Assembly (NCBI RefSeq): GCF_009914755.1
Contig: NC_060947.1
Length of the DNA stretch: 64,000 nucleotides
Source of the DNA: the human T2T-CHM13v2.0 reference genome, Homo sapiens
Strand: one strand, 5' to 3'
Each line of letters opens with the position of its first letter. The first letter of the stretch is position 1. Below are positions 15,777 through 30,094 of the stretch, piece by piece. The translations under genes and the position numbers were made by a program. Under the pieces are notes generated by a model. That model searched no databases and was not told the origin of the DNA. It saw only the letters and a program-made list of their open reading frames with translations.

Positions 15777-17777
15777 TGATTATTACTTAATTTAACATAA
15801 CATGACTCAAAGATTTTAAATGACTGAAATGAATTTTGAAACTATGACACATGTCACCTCTCTAATGTCTTCCCCCAGTCATTCCAGGTCCCAATTAGCC
15901 ACCTGGCAACCAGGAGGATCTGAAGGCCAAGGCCTGACTGAGACCATCAGGACAGAAGACAGAGCTGTGAAGACTATACCTGGAGGATCCAGCCCCTCCC
16001 AAAATAGCCAGGAGGCAAAACAGGGAAAGAAGAGGAATAAAGGGTCATATTGGGCTTGGTTCTGGCTTGCAGTTGCTGGTCTAGGCACTAGGAACCTGTC
16101 TCCTGACTTTGTCATGGTCACCTATCTAGACCCCTGAATCCAGAGACTCTAAACAAAAGACATAAGCTCACAGTGAAATCAAGCAAGTATCCAATTATAT
16201 TTCATTGATAATTTTAAAGCCATTTCTATTTGACCAACAATTTAAAAACTAGCTTTATTTACCAAATATCACATCTACATAACACACACAGACATACGAA
16301 CACACAGAAGCAGACCTCATAGCTCTCATAAGGGATTTTCATTTATCTGCTTTTAAATAGTTTGTCTTTTCCCCATTCGGTCTATAAGTCTTCCAATTAC
16401 CAGTTTCATTACTCTAAGCAGTCGTTAACTAGGCAGTTTCGATTTCTAAAAGGACAACTCTTAGGTGGAACCAAAAAAAAATATTTCATGAGCACAGAGC
16501 TAAGACGTTAGGCCTAAATATTGTATCATCATTTGCTCAAACCAAGGGAAAAAAACGACACTCTCACGAAAGTTCCATCAAGAAAAAATGGCCAGAAAAG
16601 CACCTTAAACAAAGGTATGTCTTATTATGTAAACTTAAAAGAATGGTAAGAATTTCTAATGTAATAACCAGATATCCATAAAAATTGAGATTTCCTTTAC
16701 AGAAGTAAATTTCTTTTACAAAAGTGTTTCAGTATGGCCAATTAAATTCCAGAAAGGTGTAGCGTAGTTCCATGGGGTGTTCTTTTTAACACAGCTACTG
16801 TTTTTAGCTAAAATCACTGAGTTCAGGGTAATGGGTGGAGTCCATTAAAGAATGGGACCAATAAAGCACTGTATGCCTGAACTTAGCATGGATAGATCTG
16901 AAAAGGAGCAAGCCTATTGTACCTGAGGGCCTACCTTTTATAAACACCATATCTAGGATAGCTTTCTTTCCACCTGTAGGGCGGGATTCCACCTTTGGCT
17001 TTTCTACTAAGCCAAAAGGTTAGCAGATTTAATTTTCATTTTATCAATTAGTCGCTTATGCTTTTTATTTGCCTTTCATAAAGTCTTTAAATAAAAATAA
17101 TGAAATCTTTTTACAAGCTTCTGCATATCAATAGGCATCTGTAGATGAGACTAATTTGGGAGCCCTCAATCAAATGCACTTCAGTGCAGTGTTCACCTAA
17201 AACTTTCCACTGTAACTTATCTTTAGTAATATTTTCTGTTTCTGTAAAATGTTGCTGCTTCCAGAGCCCAATACTTATGCATGTATAAGACAGAAGGATC
17301 TTAATTCTTCAAAAATTAAATATCCCATTTTTACCTCACATATTGGCTTTCCTCTCAGGTTCCCTTGATCAACCTAGCCAATGATTTTTTTGTGTGCACA
17401 AGAAAAAATAAAACAAAGGCGTAGAACACAAAACTACTTGCAAATTTCCAAAAGCTAAATTTTACACCCCTTGCAATACTGCCATTTACTACTGGTTTCT
17501 TTCTGACCCAGTCAGAAGTAAGACGCCTGTAACTGGATCCAAGTCAGTATCCCGGACCCAGTCCAGTTTTTGTCATGAATTCCAACCCAGTTTGGATCAA
17601 AAATTTGCGCAAAGAAAATTGGAGAGCCGAATACACAAATTCACGGAGCTTTGGAATCCGAGAGAAAACTTACCATCATCCCCAGCTGCTCCGAGAGAGC
17701 AATGAACACAATGAACCCAATGGGTACCTTGCTTGGTCACTCAGCACTCCTGGGAGTTGTTAGAAGCTGTACTTCAG

Positions 17778-17795
17778 ATCCCACTTCTGATACCA
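17778..17795 (-). promoter_or_regulatory. Retroviral primer-binding site, tRNA-Leu(CAA) type
   Basis: atcccacttctgatacca matches the recalled 3' end of human tRNA-Leu-CAA (ATCCCACTTCTGACACCA) with one mismatch, 2 bp from the LTR. Confidence 0.8.
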
Positions 17796-18279
17796 TCTGT
17801 TAAAAGAAAAAGTTCAGCTGAATTAAATTTAGCAGAGTTTAATTGAGCAATGAATGATTCATGAATCGGGCAACCTCCTGAGCCAAAGTAGGTTCAGAGA
17901 CTCCAGTGAAGCTGCATGGTGGAAGAGGATTTATGGACAGAAAAAAAAAAGTGACTTACAGAAAATGGAGGTGAGGTACAGAAACAGCCAGATTAATTTT
18001 AGCTTGGTGATTTTTTTATTTGAACATGGTTTGAACAGTTGGCCACATTTGATTGGCCAAAACTCAGTGATTGGCACAAGAGTAGACTTTAGGCTGTTTA
18101 CAATGTCATTTAAGTTATAGTTCACAACGTACAGAGAAACCTTTAGGCTGAACTTATGTATGGAGGTAGCTTTAAGCTAAACTTGATTTAACAGTTTTCT
18201 AAAATCACATTTCCTCTAAATAATACCTCTACATTGCTTTAATTTTCTTATTTTCTACAGTGTCCTGATGATACTTCCA

Positions 18280-20040
18280 TTGCCACTTAATAACTGGATG
18301 AGCTTGGGTAAGTTACCTAATCTTTTGTGCACCTCTTTTATCATCTACAAAATTAAAATAATGGCACATATTTGAGTGTGAAGCATGTACCCAGAGTTTT
18401 AGAGAAAGGATATTTAAACATTTATAGAAAAGGGTCTACTAACAAATCTTTCCAAAGGAATCTGAAAAATATTTTTAGAAGATTAATTAGGTGGCTCTTT
18501 TATCAATCCAAGCCAGAGGTCATGAGGGCCTGAACTAAAGTAATGGCTGTGGGGATGAAGAGGAAGGGACAGATCTGAGACAGAATGTACAAATGTCATG
18601 CTGTGATTGGGAACTAGGGGTAGAAGAATCTGTGATGCCTGCCAAGTTTCTTGTCAAAGGCCACTGGTTGGATGGTCACATAATTAGCTAATATAGAGAA
18701 CACTGAGAGAGAGGAAATGATAAGTACGATTTTTTCAACATCTAAATATCAGAACCTAAGTTAAGTGCTTTATGGGGAATATTTTATTTAATGCATACAA
18801 CTGTCTTAGGAAGTCAGTAACATAATTATTCTTGTTTTCAGATATAGAAACTGAGGCTCAAATGAGTTAAATAACTTGCCCATATAAGAAATCAAATGAG
18901 TCATATAGTCAAATACAAAATTACATCTGCTCAATTCCAGAGCAAATGCTCTTAACTATTACTAGTCCAGAATGTGCTGGTTCAACCAATGATGTATATT
19001 GCTAATGTTTATTTTTAAATGCATCCAAGTGTCTCATTATAAAGCTAGCACGTCCTTATTTTTCTAGTGGTATAGCCTCTAAATCTTTATTAAATCAATG
19101 TTCTAAAATGGTGATTGCAAAATATACAAGACATTGAATCCTATTTTGTTTACTAAATGTGTATGAATAAATGTATCTGAATTTCACAGACATGTCCTCA
19201 GATATATAAAAGGTAAGTTTTTGCATGAGTGAAGACTCTATTGGCACTCATTAGTGATCAAATTATCCAAGCTGACTCAAGATAAACTAAGTCACTTCCA
19301 GTTCACAACTCAGTTTCTTTTGCATAGTCAATTTGGTAGTTTTCCCCTCCCTCTTCTTGTGTCATTATTCCTAAGAAGATGGAGATGTTTATGTTTTTAA
19401 AATCAGGATTCAAGCATCTTGTCCACAATAATCAGTAGTCTACTCTGGCTTCCTCTGAGATGTACCTCATATGCTTTTGCTGATTTCATTGTGTTTTGCT
19501 CTCTACTGCTGATGGTTGTAGTCCTGCCATGATCTCCTGTCGCTGGGCCATTGGGATCCTGGGAACTTGAGTGATTTCAGTTAAGTATATGAGGCAAGCT
19601 CAAATACATTGGCCTAACCCCTGCACTCAGCCATGGCTGCTCTACAACTCTGGTCCATTCTAGGACTTCTGTTGGCAACTCCCCTTGCTCCAGGTACTCT
19701 AGCCTATGCTGGAAAACTGCTGTTACCCTCTGCCTCTGCATTCCCAATCTAATGGATTACGTGAGTTCAGCTTTAAATTTGCAGCTTGTCATTCTTGTGG
19801 GAAAATTAAGAAGAGATGGTTAGTGAGCAACTGGAAATATGTGTCTGGAACTCAGAAGAGATTTCTGGGTTTGAGATAGATTTTACAGAAGCATCAGCAT
19901 ATATACATGGTGGTTTCTGATATGGGTGCTGATAACATCATTCAGGAATCATGCATGAACTTATAAAAATAGAGGCAAGAATCATTGGTTATGGTTATAA
20001 TTAAAGGGTATGTAGAGGAAGCAGAGCCCACAAGTATATT
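18280..20040. mobile_element. Scattered ancient MIR and L2 fragments
   Basis: MIR core motifs (gaaactgaggctca…aataacttgccca at ~18848; ttgggtaagttacctaa at ~18305); L2-like purine-rich pieces at ~18480-18720 and ~19810-20030. Confidence 0.6.
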
Positions 20041-20599
20041 GACATAGATACATATCTGCGTGGGCTAGCTGGCAAATATACTCAGATATTTCAAGGAGTC
20101 CAAATAACTGGATCTAAAATACTAGAGAGTTTTAACAGGAACTAATGTAAAGATTTGCACATCCATTCAAAAAGTCAGTCGTACATAGGTACAAGATGAG
20201 GAAAGTCAGGGTTAATATGTACAACTTGGTTTTTAAAAAGACCCAGCAAGATTAAGGCTGGTTGACTACAACATCAGTGCCTAGAGTAAGAAACAATCCA
20301 TCTGATCAAAACTGATTTTTCCAAATAGCTTTCTTACTTCCCTGCTTTATCTAATAAGGCCATTTATCTTCAAATTAGCATTTGGCTTTTTTCTAGCTCT
20401 TAAGATGCAAAGTGTGTATCACCCCATCTGCTATTTTTGAGAGCCTCTGCTTTAGAATTCCTGCAATGGTTGCTTCACAATACCCCTATCTTCCAGTGTC
20501 TAATAGTCTCCTCATGTCATAGTAAAATATAATTGCTAATATACCTTATATCATTTTCTCTCTTGGCCATTTTAGCCAAATTTACATCCTCAGAAGTTA

Positions 20600-20815
20600 G
20601 GACACCCACTTATGATTGAGAACATATATTTGTCTTTCTGCATTTGGTTGCTCTTAAGATAATGACCTCCAATATCATCTATGTTGCTGCAAAAGATATT
20701 ATTTCATTTTTAATGGCTGAATAGTATTCCATCGTGTATATATGCCTATTATGCAATCTATGCACGTAATGAAATTGCACTTGTGTCCCATATGTTTATA
20801 TAAATAAATGAATAA
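20600..20815 (-). mobile_element. Old L1 (L1MA/PB-like) 3'-end fragments
   Basis: atttcatttttaatggctgaatagtattccat motif. Confidence 0.6.
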
Positions 20816-21221
20816 AATAAAGCTGTAATAAAGCCAAATATAAGCATGCTTTCTTAAAGGTGCACATAAGCTGTTTTCTTTCAGTGAATGGAAGTATTTG
20901 ACAGAGAAACACCTTTGGAAGCAAACATTGAGAATATGTTGTTACAACATAAAACAAGTTAGGATAATTCAGTTTTGAATCAATTACACTCAAACACCTC
21001 TGCTTCAGTAACTTAGATCTAATAGTTGTCAAGCTGGGATCAATGTCTCAGACTGGCACATTTCTCTAACCTGCTGTTGTGTTCAGTCTGTGCTGGCTTG
21101 ATGATATTTGACCCTTTCAGTCAACATGTTTCTGGATGCTTGAAAAAAAGTATTAATGAGTTCAATAAAGACTAAAGCCAGCAGTCTTTGGACATAGATA
21201 ATTAAGCCTTTGTAAACCCAA

Positions 21222-21898
<677 letters not shown>

Positions 21899-22489
21899 TA
21901 TTTCAAACCTTGTTTCATAATTATTGTATTTAATTTACTTTACTTTTAAAATTTTTCCAAGTAATGTCATCTTTCTTTTTGTCCTCAATCTTCCATTACT
22001 GAACTGATAATGCCAATCTAGACTTTTCGTATTTATTTATGTATGATAATTCTTGAACATCTTTGATCTTACATCTTTTGTCTATTCTTTCAGAGAGTTA
22101 TATTAAATTACAGATATATTTGTTTCATTTTTATAAATTTACTATTACTACTATAATTTATATCAATATAGCAGTGATCCCTGGCACTCACCTGAGCAAG
22201 GGCATAAGCTCTTAATTATTAGCTTGATCCTGTGTTTGCTGTAGGTCCTTGAACACATATGTATGCTTGTGTAATATGGAGCATTTTTTCTCATCAGGAA
22301 AAACTTTATTGTAAGTGCTGTTTTGTATAGATGCCATTATCTTCTTTAATTGTTTCATTCAACCATATAATTTGAAAATATATCCACGTTATTGTGTGTT
22401 TACCTAGTTCATTGTTTCTCACTGCTACATAACATTACACAGCATGTATCCATCACATTTTACTTTTCCTTGTACAAAAATGATGAATT

Positions 22490-23200
22490 AGCACTGTGTT
22501 TCTGCTCCTTTTTATAACAAAACTTATTGAAACAGATATTTACACTTGTTGTCTTCACTTCCTCACCTCTTATTCTTTCTTGAACACACAATAATTGGAC
22601 TCTTGTCTCTAAAACTGCATTTTGCCACTGCGTTGAAACATGTTTGTCAAGGTCTCCAGTGAATTCTGAGTTGCCAAATCCAATTGTCATTTTTTAGTTG
22701 TCATTTTAGTTGACCTTTCAGCTGCAAAATTCGGCCTACCACTTCGACCTCATACCCTACCACTTTCTACTTTATTCACTAGAATCCAACTACATGTGTT
22801 ATATTGTTTTTCTGCAAACACAATGCCTGACTTAATACTATTTTCTTTGCTTTTACTGGTTACTCTGTCTGAGACCACTCTTATCTTCAGATAGGTATAC
22901 ACATAGCTCATTTCTTCCATTAATTAACAGCTCCTCAGGGTAGCCTGTCACTATCATTCTCTATTTCCTTACCCTACTTTAGGTTAACTCATAACACTTT
23001 TATTATCATATGAAATTTCATTCTATCATTATTTATTTATTTTGTTTGTTTTCTGTCTCTCCTCATTAAAATGTAAGTTCCTTGAGTGCAGAGATATTTT
23101 TGCAATTTATTTCACCAATATATTGCTATTGCCTCACACAATGCTTGGTGAATAGTAAGTACTGAGTAAATTTTAGTTGAGTCAATAACTGAATAATGAC
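22490..23200 (+). mobile_element. L2 fragment including the 3' end
   Basis: aatgtaagttccttgagtgcagaga … aaattttagttgagtcaataactgaat. Confidence 0.65.
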
Positions 23201-24199
23201 ACATGAAATGCTCTCATAGTTTATGTAGAGGGCCAAAACCAGTGTGTATAACATATGAATGTTATTTAACATTCTTTAAGCTAGAAAATAAAAGGTCAGA
23301 AGAAAAATTATTTAACTGGTTTATATATTTTGATTCTTGAAACTGCTACCTCATTGCTTATTTTGAAGGGACCAGAATTAGGTCTAGTCCAAAGCAAAGA
23401 GTCATCCTTGAATTTGGTAAGTGCCTAAAAGAGCTATAAACTTGTAAAGGACTATAAAACATGTATTACATAATAAATGTAATGAAAATTTTATAGAAAT
23501 AAAAAATTGCTCTTTCACCTATGAAAACCCCAAATATAAAAACCTCAATTTATAAACAATGTACTTGCCTCAAAAATAATAAGCTTATTGTATAATTCAA
23601 ACTATAAACCAAACGAAGTTAGTTGTTTCTTAAATGTTTAATTGTATCCTCTAACAGATAATATTTCTTTCCCTCTAAGGAAATACCAATAATCAGTACG
23701 TTGTGAAATTTTAGATGACAAGATTACCAGATTGGCCTCTATTCTAGAAAGCATACTAAACCATATCTAGAAAGCACAAACTAGTAATTATGTCACTTAT
23801 TATTGCCATTTTCACTCTAAAATTAAGCTGTCTTGTTTTTTCAGCTCTTGTTACACTAAAGACCATTCGTTCTTGAAACAGATGGGCCCTTGCTAATTAA
23901 GAAAACTGCTCCAGTTCATTAAAGAAATAGCAAACAACCAGATGAAGTGTCAGTTCTTAGGGACACTCAATGTGCAAAGCTTGATCACATTACTCACTTG
24001 TTCCATCTTCCTCTGAAACACTGACTCAACCTAAGCATTTAACATAGATTACTTTTAATTATAGTAATTGCAAAAACCACAGCATACTAAAAAAGATTAT
24101 GTGTGTGTTTTATTATTTTGGGGGTAAATAGCTCATAAAAAGATGATAATTATAAAATTATCATCATACTTGGAAGAGACATTAGGGATCTTTTAGTTT

Positions 24200-26620
24200 A
24201 ACATCTTTCACTCAGTTGTTCAATACTTAACCAGCTTCTTCTAGGATTTGCTAAAATTTGTGCTAAATGCTTATGATGCAGATATTAATAGGGTTATCTT
24301 TGCCCTCAAGGATTTCATAATCTACTTGAGGATATAGAAAAATATAAGGCAATCACAATAAATTCTATTACTTTGCTATTAAAATATTTAAGAAATTTTG
24401 CGATTGCAGAGAGAAAGAAATATCTAGTGTGGGTGGGGTGGTAAGATAAGGGTTTTGGGGAAGAGAAAATATTTGAATTATGTTCTGAGACATGCAAATG
24501 TTCCCTTGGGCTAGGAGTAGGGGTAAGCATGTGGAATGAGAAAGATTTCCAGGAAGATGGATCAGCATATAAAAAGGTACAAAACCATAGACAGGTCTGA
24601 CACATTTGACTAGATCAGACAGAAGAAATAGGCAGGACTGAGATCATAAAGATCCTGTTTGGCCATTGTTTGTAACTTTAGAATTGATCCTAAAATAGGT
24701 CTCAGATAGGGAGGTTACATGGTCAAATATATATTGTAGAAATGCCACCCTGGTAGCAGTGTAGAGAAAATATTTAGCAGGTATAAAACTATAGGTAGAG
24801 AAACAGTGAAAAATTTTAAAAATATTCTAAATGATAAAGAAGATCTGAAGTAAAGTTACTGTAATGCCGGGGAGAAAACATCACAGTGGGACTGTTCTTG
24901 GAGTATTTGAAGAATAGCAATGAAGCCAACATATTTGAAGTCCTGGAAGAGTAGTTCCAGGAGATTAAGAGACCAAGGTGTATAATGCCTTGTATAGCCA
25001 TGGTCAGATTTGAACTTTATTGTATATGTGATGGAAGGACATTGGAGGGTTTTGAGCACAGGAGTATCTCATCTCACTACTATAAAAAAAAACTTCTCTG
25101 GGCGCTATATTGACAACAGTATACAAGAGGACAAGAGGGAAAGCAGAGGGATCAGATCGAAGGCTATTGAAATAATCCAGGGAAGAGATGATGGTGACTC
25201 AATTGAGGGTAGTAGCAGTGCAAGTGTCAATAAGTAGCTAGATTTTGGATACATTTTTGAACTACAGTACCCCTCTCCAGTCATAGTTTTAGTTTCCCAT
25301 GGTTGCATGTTCCAAAAACATTAAATGAAATACTCCAGAAATAAGCCATTCATAAGTTTTAAATTGCAAGCCATTCTGAATAGTGTGATGAAATCTCATG
25401 CCATCCACTCCATCCTGCCCAGACTTGAATAATCTCTTTGTCTAGCATATCCATGCAGTAGGCACTACTCTCCTGTTAGTCACTTAGTAGCTATCTGGGT
25501 GATCAAGACTTTAAATTAACTGTCATGGTATTGCAGTTCTTATGTTCAAGGAATGCTTATTTTACTTTTATTACAGCACATTGTTATAATTTATTATTTA
25601 TTGCTGTTAATTTCTTACTGTACTTACTTTACAAATGGAACTTCATCATAGGTATGTATATGTACATATATATAGGAAAAAACATAGTATATCTAGGGTT
25701 TGGTACTATGATTGGTTTCAAGCATCCCCTGGGGGTCATGGAATCCATCCCTCATGGATAAAAGGGGATCACTGTGGAGCTAATAGGATTGCTGACAGAT
25801 TGAATGCATTTTGTGAGTAATAAAATAATAGACAATCTTGCCTCCAATTATTTTGTCCTGAGGAGCCAGAAGGATGAAATTGACCATTACCGAGTGAAAA
25901 GGACTTGTGGAAGGGTCAAGTTTCAGAATGAGGAATCAATAGTTTAATTTATAAAATATTAAGTTCAATATTATTGTTAGACATACAATAGATGGCAAGT
26001 ATGTACGTGGACATTGGAGTCTAAAGTTTATAAGAAAAGTATTGGCTGGTGATATAAATTTGAGTCATTGGTATAGAAATACAGACACATGCCATGAACA
26101 TTGCACTGGTTGCAAGTTGAGAAGAAGAAGAGAATCCAGGAAGTAAGGTTGAGACATAACAGCCAGCAGAATAAAATGACAACTAAGAAAGTGTGATATC
26201 CCAGAAGTGAAGTGAAGAGAGACAATGCTATATATGCTCTATAGGTATACACACACTCGCACATATATGTATTTATATAAATGTACAAATATCTATTTAT
26301 AACTTAATGTGCATATACACACGCACACACACATAGATAGGTATGTATATAAATGCAATAAATATGCCTGGATGGTCCAGGAAGAGGGAGTGGTCCATGA
26401 AGAGGGAGTGACCAATTTTGCCAAAAGCTACTCCGTGGTTTATTAAAATCAGGACTGACAAAGTACCATTGAATTTTGCAACATGGAATTTATAGATGGC
26501 CTTGACAACAGCAGGATCAGTGGATTAGAAGGGATGAAAGCCTAATAGAAGTGGATTCAAGAAAATAGGAAGAATGTAAGTGAAGGCACTCACTACAGGA
26601 AATTACTTTGAGAATTTTGC
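24200..26620 (-). mobile_element. L2 fragments, interrupted by MER44
   Basis: Typical antisense L2 motifs, e.g. aataatccagggaagagatgatggtgac, ttttggatacatttttga. Confidence 0.65.
25265..25774. mobile_element. MER44-like (TcMar-Tigger) non-autonomous DNA transposon
   Basis: TA|CAGT…ACTG termini with degenerate TIRs; internal gtgatgaaatctc and gtcacttagtag motifs. Confidence 0.8.
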
Positions 26621-27295
26621 TGAAAACAAGGCTAATTCCTCCCCAGGGGGAAAAAAGGTGTTACATGTAATGGTATCATTGACCAGTGAGAACCAACAAA
26701 ATAGATGTAAATACAACAATATAAATATGTTTTTAAAGGTAATAGGACACAGAATGATATATTTAGCACAATACCATTTATTTAGATACAAAACTAAAGC
26801 TCACAAAATAATGTCTCCTCCTTCCCATGATCTCTATGTCCAGTGTCATCCTCAAATATAACCATTGTCATTGATGTCCATCCAGAAATAAACACACACA
26901 CACGTACACACACACATACACACAGACATGCACACAACACACTATTTTTGGTATAATAACTGACTCTTTTAGTTCTGCCATTCCCTAAGATTGTCTTTAA
27001 CTGGATGGTCAAGGTAGAATTGCTTATGTCCATGTTCTACTTCATGAATAGATGGGAAAATACTCTAGGGAAGGTCATTTTCTGTAATTTAAGATAGTCT
27101 GGAATTCAAGTACCTGACTTCTACTCCCATTTCAAAAACCCAAAATTAGACACATGGCCACTCCTAGCTGAAACTTAACTGTCTGAGAGTTAGGGTGAGA
27201 CAGCTATAAGAGCTTGAGGAAAGACGTGATAAAATATAATCATCAAAAAACAGAAAAGTAAATTGATGGGAAACAATATAATTGCAGATAGCATT

Positions 27296-30094
27296 TGTCT
27301 TAGTCTGTTAGTGTTGCTATAAACAAATACCTGAGAATGGGTAATTTTAAAATAAAAGATGTTTATTTGGCTCACAGTTTTGCAGGCTGTACAAGGAGCA
27401 TGGTGTAAGCATCTTCTTGGCTTCTGGTGAAGACCTCAGGCTACTTCCATTCGTGATACAAGGCGAAAGGGAGGCAGCATGTGCAGAGATTACATTGTAA
27501 GAGAGGAAGCAATGGAGAGAGAGTGGGGAGGTCCAGGATGTTTTTAACAACCAGCTTTCACAGGAACTGAGTAAGGACTCACCCCTTCCAGGAAAAAAAA
27601 TTAATCTATTCCTGAGGGATCCCCCTTCATGACCCAAACACCACCCATTACACCCTCATCTCCAACACTGGGATCAAATTTCAACATGAAGTTTGGGGGA
27701 ACAAACATTCAAACTACAGTGTTCCACCCCTGGCCTCCCAAATCTCATGTTCTTCTCACATGCAAAATACAATAATTCCATCAGTCTCCAAAACTGTTAA
27801 AAATCTGAAATCCAAAGGCTCTTCCAAGATTCGAGGTTAGATCCTTCCAGCTATGAGCCTATAAAATCAAAACCAAGTTTTCTTTAACTTCCGAGATATA
27901 GTTGTTTTATAGGTATTTAGTGAATATTTCCATTCCAAAAGGGAGAAATTGGCCAAAAGAAAGGAGTAAAAGGCCCCATGAAAGTCCAAAATCCAAGAAG
28001 GTAGACATTAAATCTTAAAGCTCCAAAATAATCTTTGAGTCCATGTCTTGCATCCTGGGCACACTGGTGTCAGAGGTGGGCTCCTAAAACCTTGAGAAGT
28101 CCTATGACCATAGCTTTGCTGGTTGCAAATCACATGGCTGTTCTCACAGGTTGAAGTTTAATTCCTGTGGCTTTTCCAGGCTAAGGTTGCACACTGCTTG
28201 TGGTTCTACAATTCTTAGGTTCTTAATGCCACCTCACTCCTGTGACTCCACTAGGTATTGCCCCAGTGATGACTCTCTGTGGCAGCTCTTTCTCTGCCAC
28301 AGAGAAGAGAAAGGTGCATGCTTCTTCCTGGGCACCCAGGATTTCCCATTCATCCTCTGAAATTTAGGTGGAAGCCACCAAGCCACCACCACTCTTGCAT
28401 TTTGGGCACCTGCAGACTTAGCATCATGTGAATGTTGCCAAGGGTATGGCTTGCACTCTCAGGTGTAGTGGCCCAAGCTATACCTGGGGCCATTTGAGCC
28501 ACAGCTGGTGTCAGAGCAGGTGGGATGCAGGAAGCAGCATCTTCAGGTGGTGCAGGGCAGTAGCACCCTTGGCCTATACCCTAAAACCATTCTGTCTTCC
28601 TAGGCCTATGGGCTTATTTTGGTAGGGGAAGCCCCAGAGATCTTTGAAATGCCTTCAGGGCCTTTTTCCCATTGTCTTGACTACTAGCACCAGGCCATAG
28701 TTAGTCATGTTAATTGCTTTAGCAACCAGTTGTTGGGTTTTTCTCTGAAAACGCTTTCCTTCTCAACCATATAGTCAGGTTTCTATTTTTTTTAATTTTT
28801 ATGTTGTGTTTTCCTTTTAATTATAAGTTACATATTTACATCATTCATTTGCTGCCATATCTAGTCATAAGTTGTTAAAAGTAGCCACACCATTTCTTTG
28901 CTTCTTAGAAGCTTCTTCCATCTAATGCCCTAGGTTATCACTCTTAAGTTTGGCCTTCCACAAAACCCTAGGACATGAACTTAATTGCCGCTGAGGTTTT
29001 TGCTACAGTGTAACAAGGGTGACTTTTGCTCCAGTTCCCAGTAAGTTCCTCATTTCCATCTCAGATCTCATCACCATGGACTTTACTGTCTGTATTTCTA
29101 TTAGCATTTTGGTCACAATCACTTAACCAATTGTATTAGTCCATTTTTACACTGCTATAAAGATACTACACAAGACAAGGTAATTTAAAAAGAAAAGAGG
29201 TTTCATTGGCTCACAGTTCCACATGACTGGGGAGGCCTCAAAAACTTACAATCACAGCAGAAGGGGAAGAGGCACATCTTACATGGCAGCAGGTGAGGGA
29301 GAATGAGCAAGGGCGGGGAAAACTGCCTTATAAAACCATCAGATCTTGTGAGAACTCACTATCATAAGAACAGCATGGAGGAATATGTCCCCATAATCCA
29401 ATCACCTCCCGCCTGGTCCCTTCCTTGTCACATAAAGGATTACAATTCAAGATGAGATTTGGATGGGACACAGCAAAACAGTATCACCAATCTCTGAAGT
29501 TCTAATCTTTCCCCCATCTTTTGTTTTGTTTTGTTTTCTTCTGAAACTTCCAAACTCTTCCAACTTCTGTCCATTACCCAGTTCCAAAGCCACTTTCCCA
29601 TTTTCAGGTGTCTTTATGGAAACATTGAACTCCTTGGTACCATTTTTTTTGGTCTTAGACTGTTGTGGTGCTATAAAGGAATATCAGATGCTTAGTTATT
29701 TATAAGAAAGAGGTTTATTTGGCTCATGGTTTTATAGGCTTTACACAAAGCATAGCACCAGCATCTTCTCAACTTCTAGTGAGGGCCTCACGCTGGTTTC
29801 ACTGATGGCAGAAGGTAAAGGTAAGCTGGCATGTGCAGAGGTAACATGGCAAGAGAAGAAGCAAGAGGGAGAAAGAGAGAAACAGAGAGAGAGGAGGTAC
29901 ACAGGTTCTTTTTAACAACCAGCTCTCATGAGAACAAATTCAGTGAGGACTAACTCACTCCTCCTCAGGGAAGATGTTAATCCATTCGTGGGAATCTACT
30001 CCATGACTTAAACAACTCTCATTAGGCCCCACTCAAACATTCAGGATCAAATTGTAACATGAGGTTTAGGGGTACAAACATCCAAACTATAATA
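27296..30094 (-). mobile_element. Complete MSTB-like MaLR provirus (LTR-int-LTR)
   Basis: LTRs at ~27296-27721 and ~29650-30094; perfect TSD GCATT (27291-27295, 30095-30099). Confidence 0.88.
29132..29486 (-). mobile_element. THE1 (C/D-like) solo LTR nested in the MST internal region
   Basis: TGTATTAGTCC…gtaTCA termini; perfect TSD CCAAT. Confidence 0.88.

Noticed and set aside
17778-17795. tRNA-Leu gene fragment
   Set aside because: Only the 18-nt 3' end including CCA, adjacent to an LTR; this is a primer-binding site.
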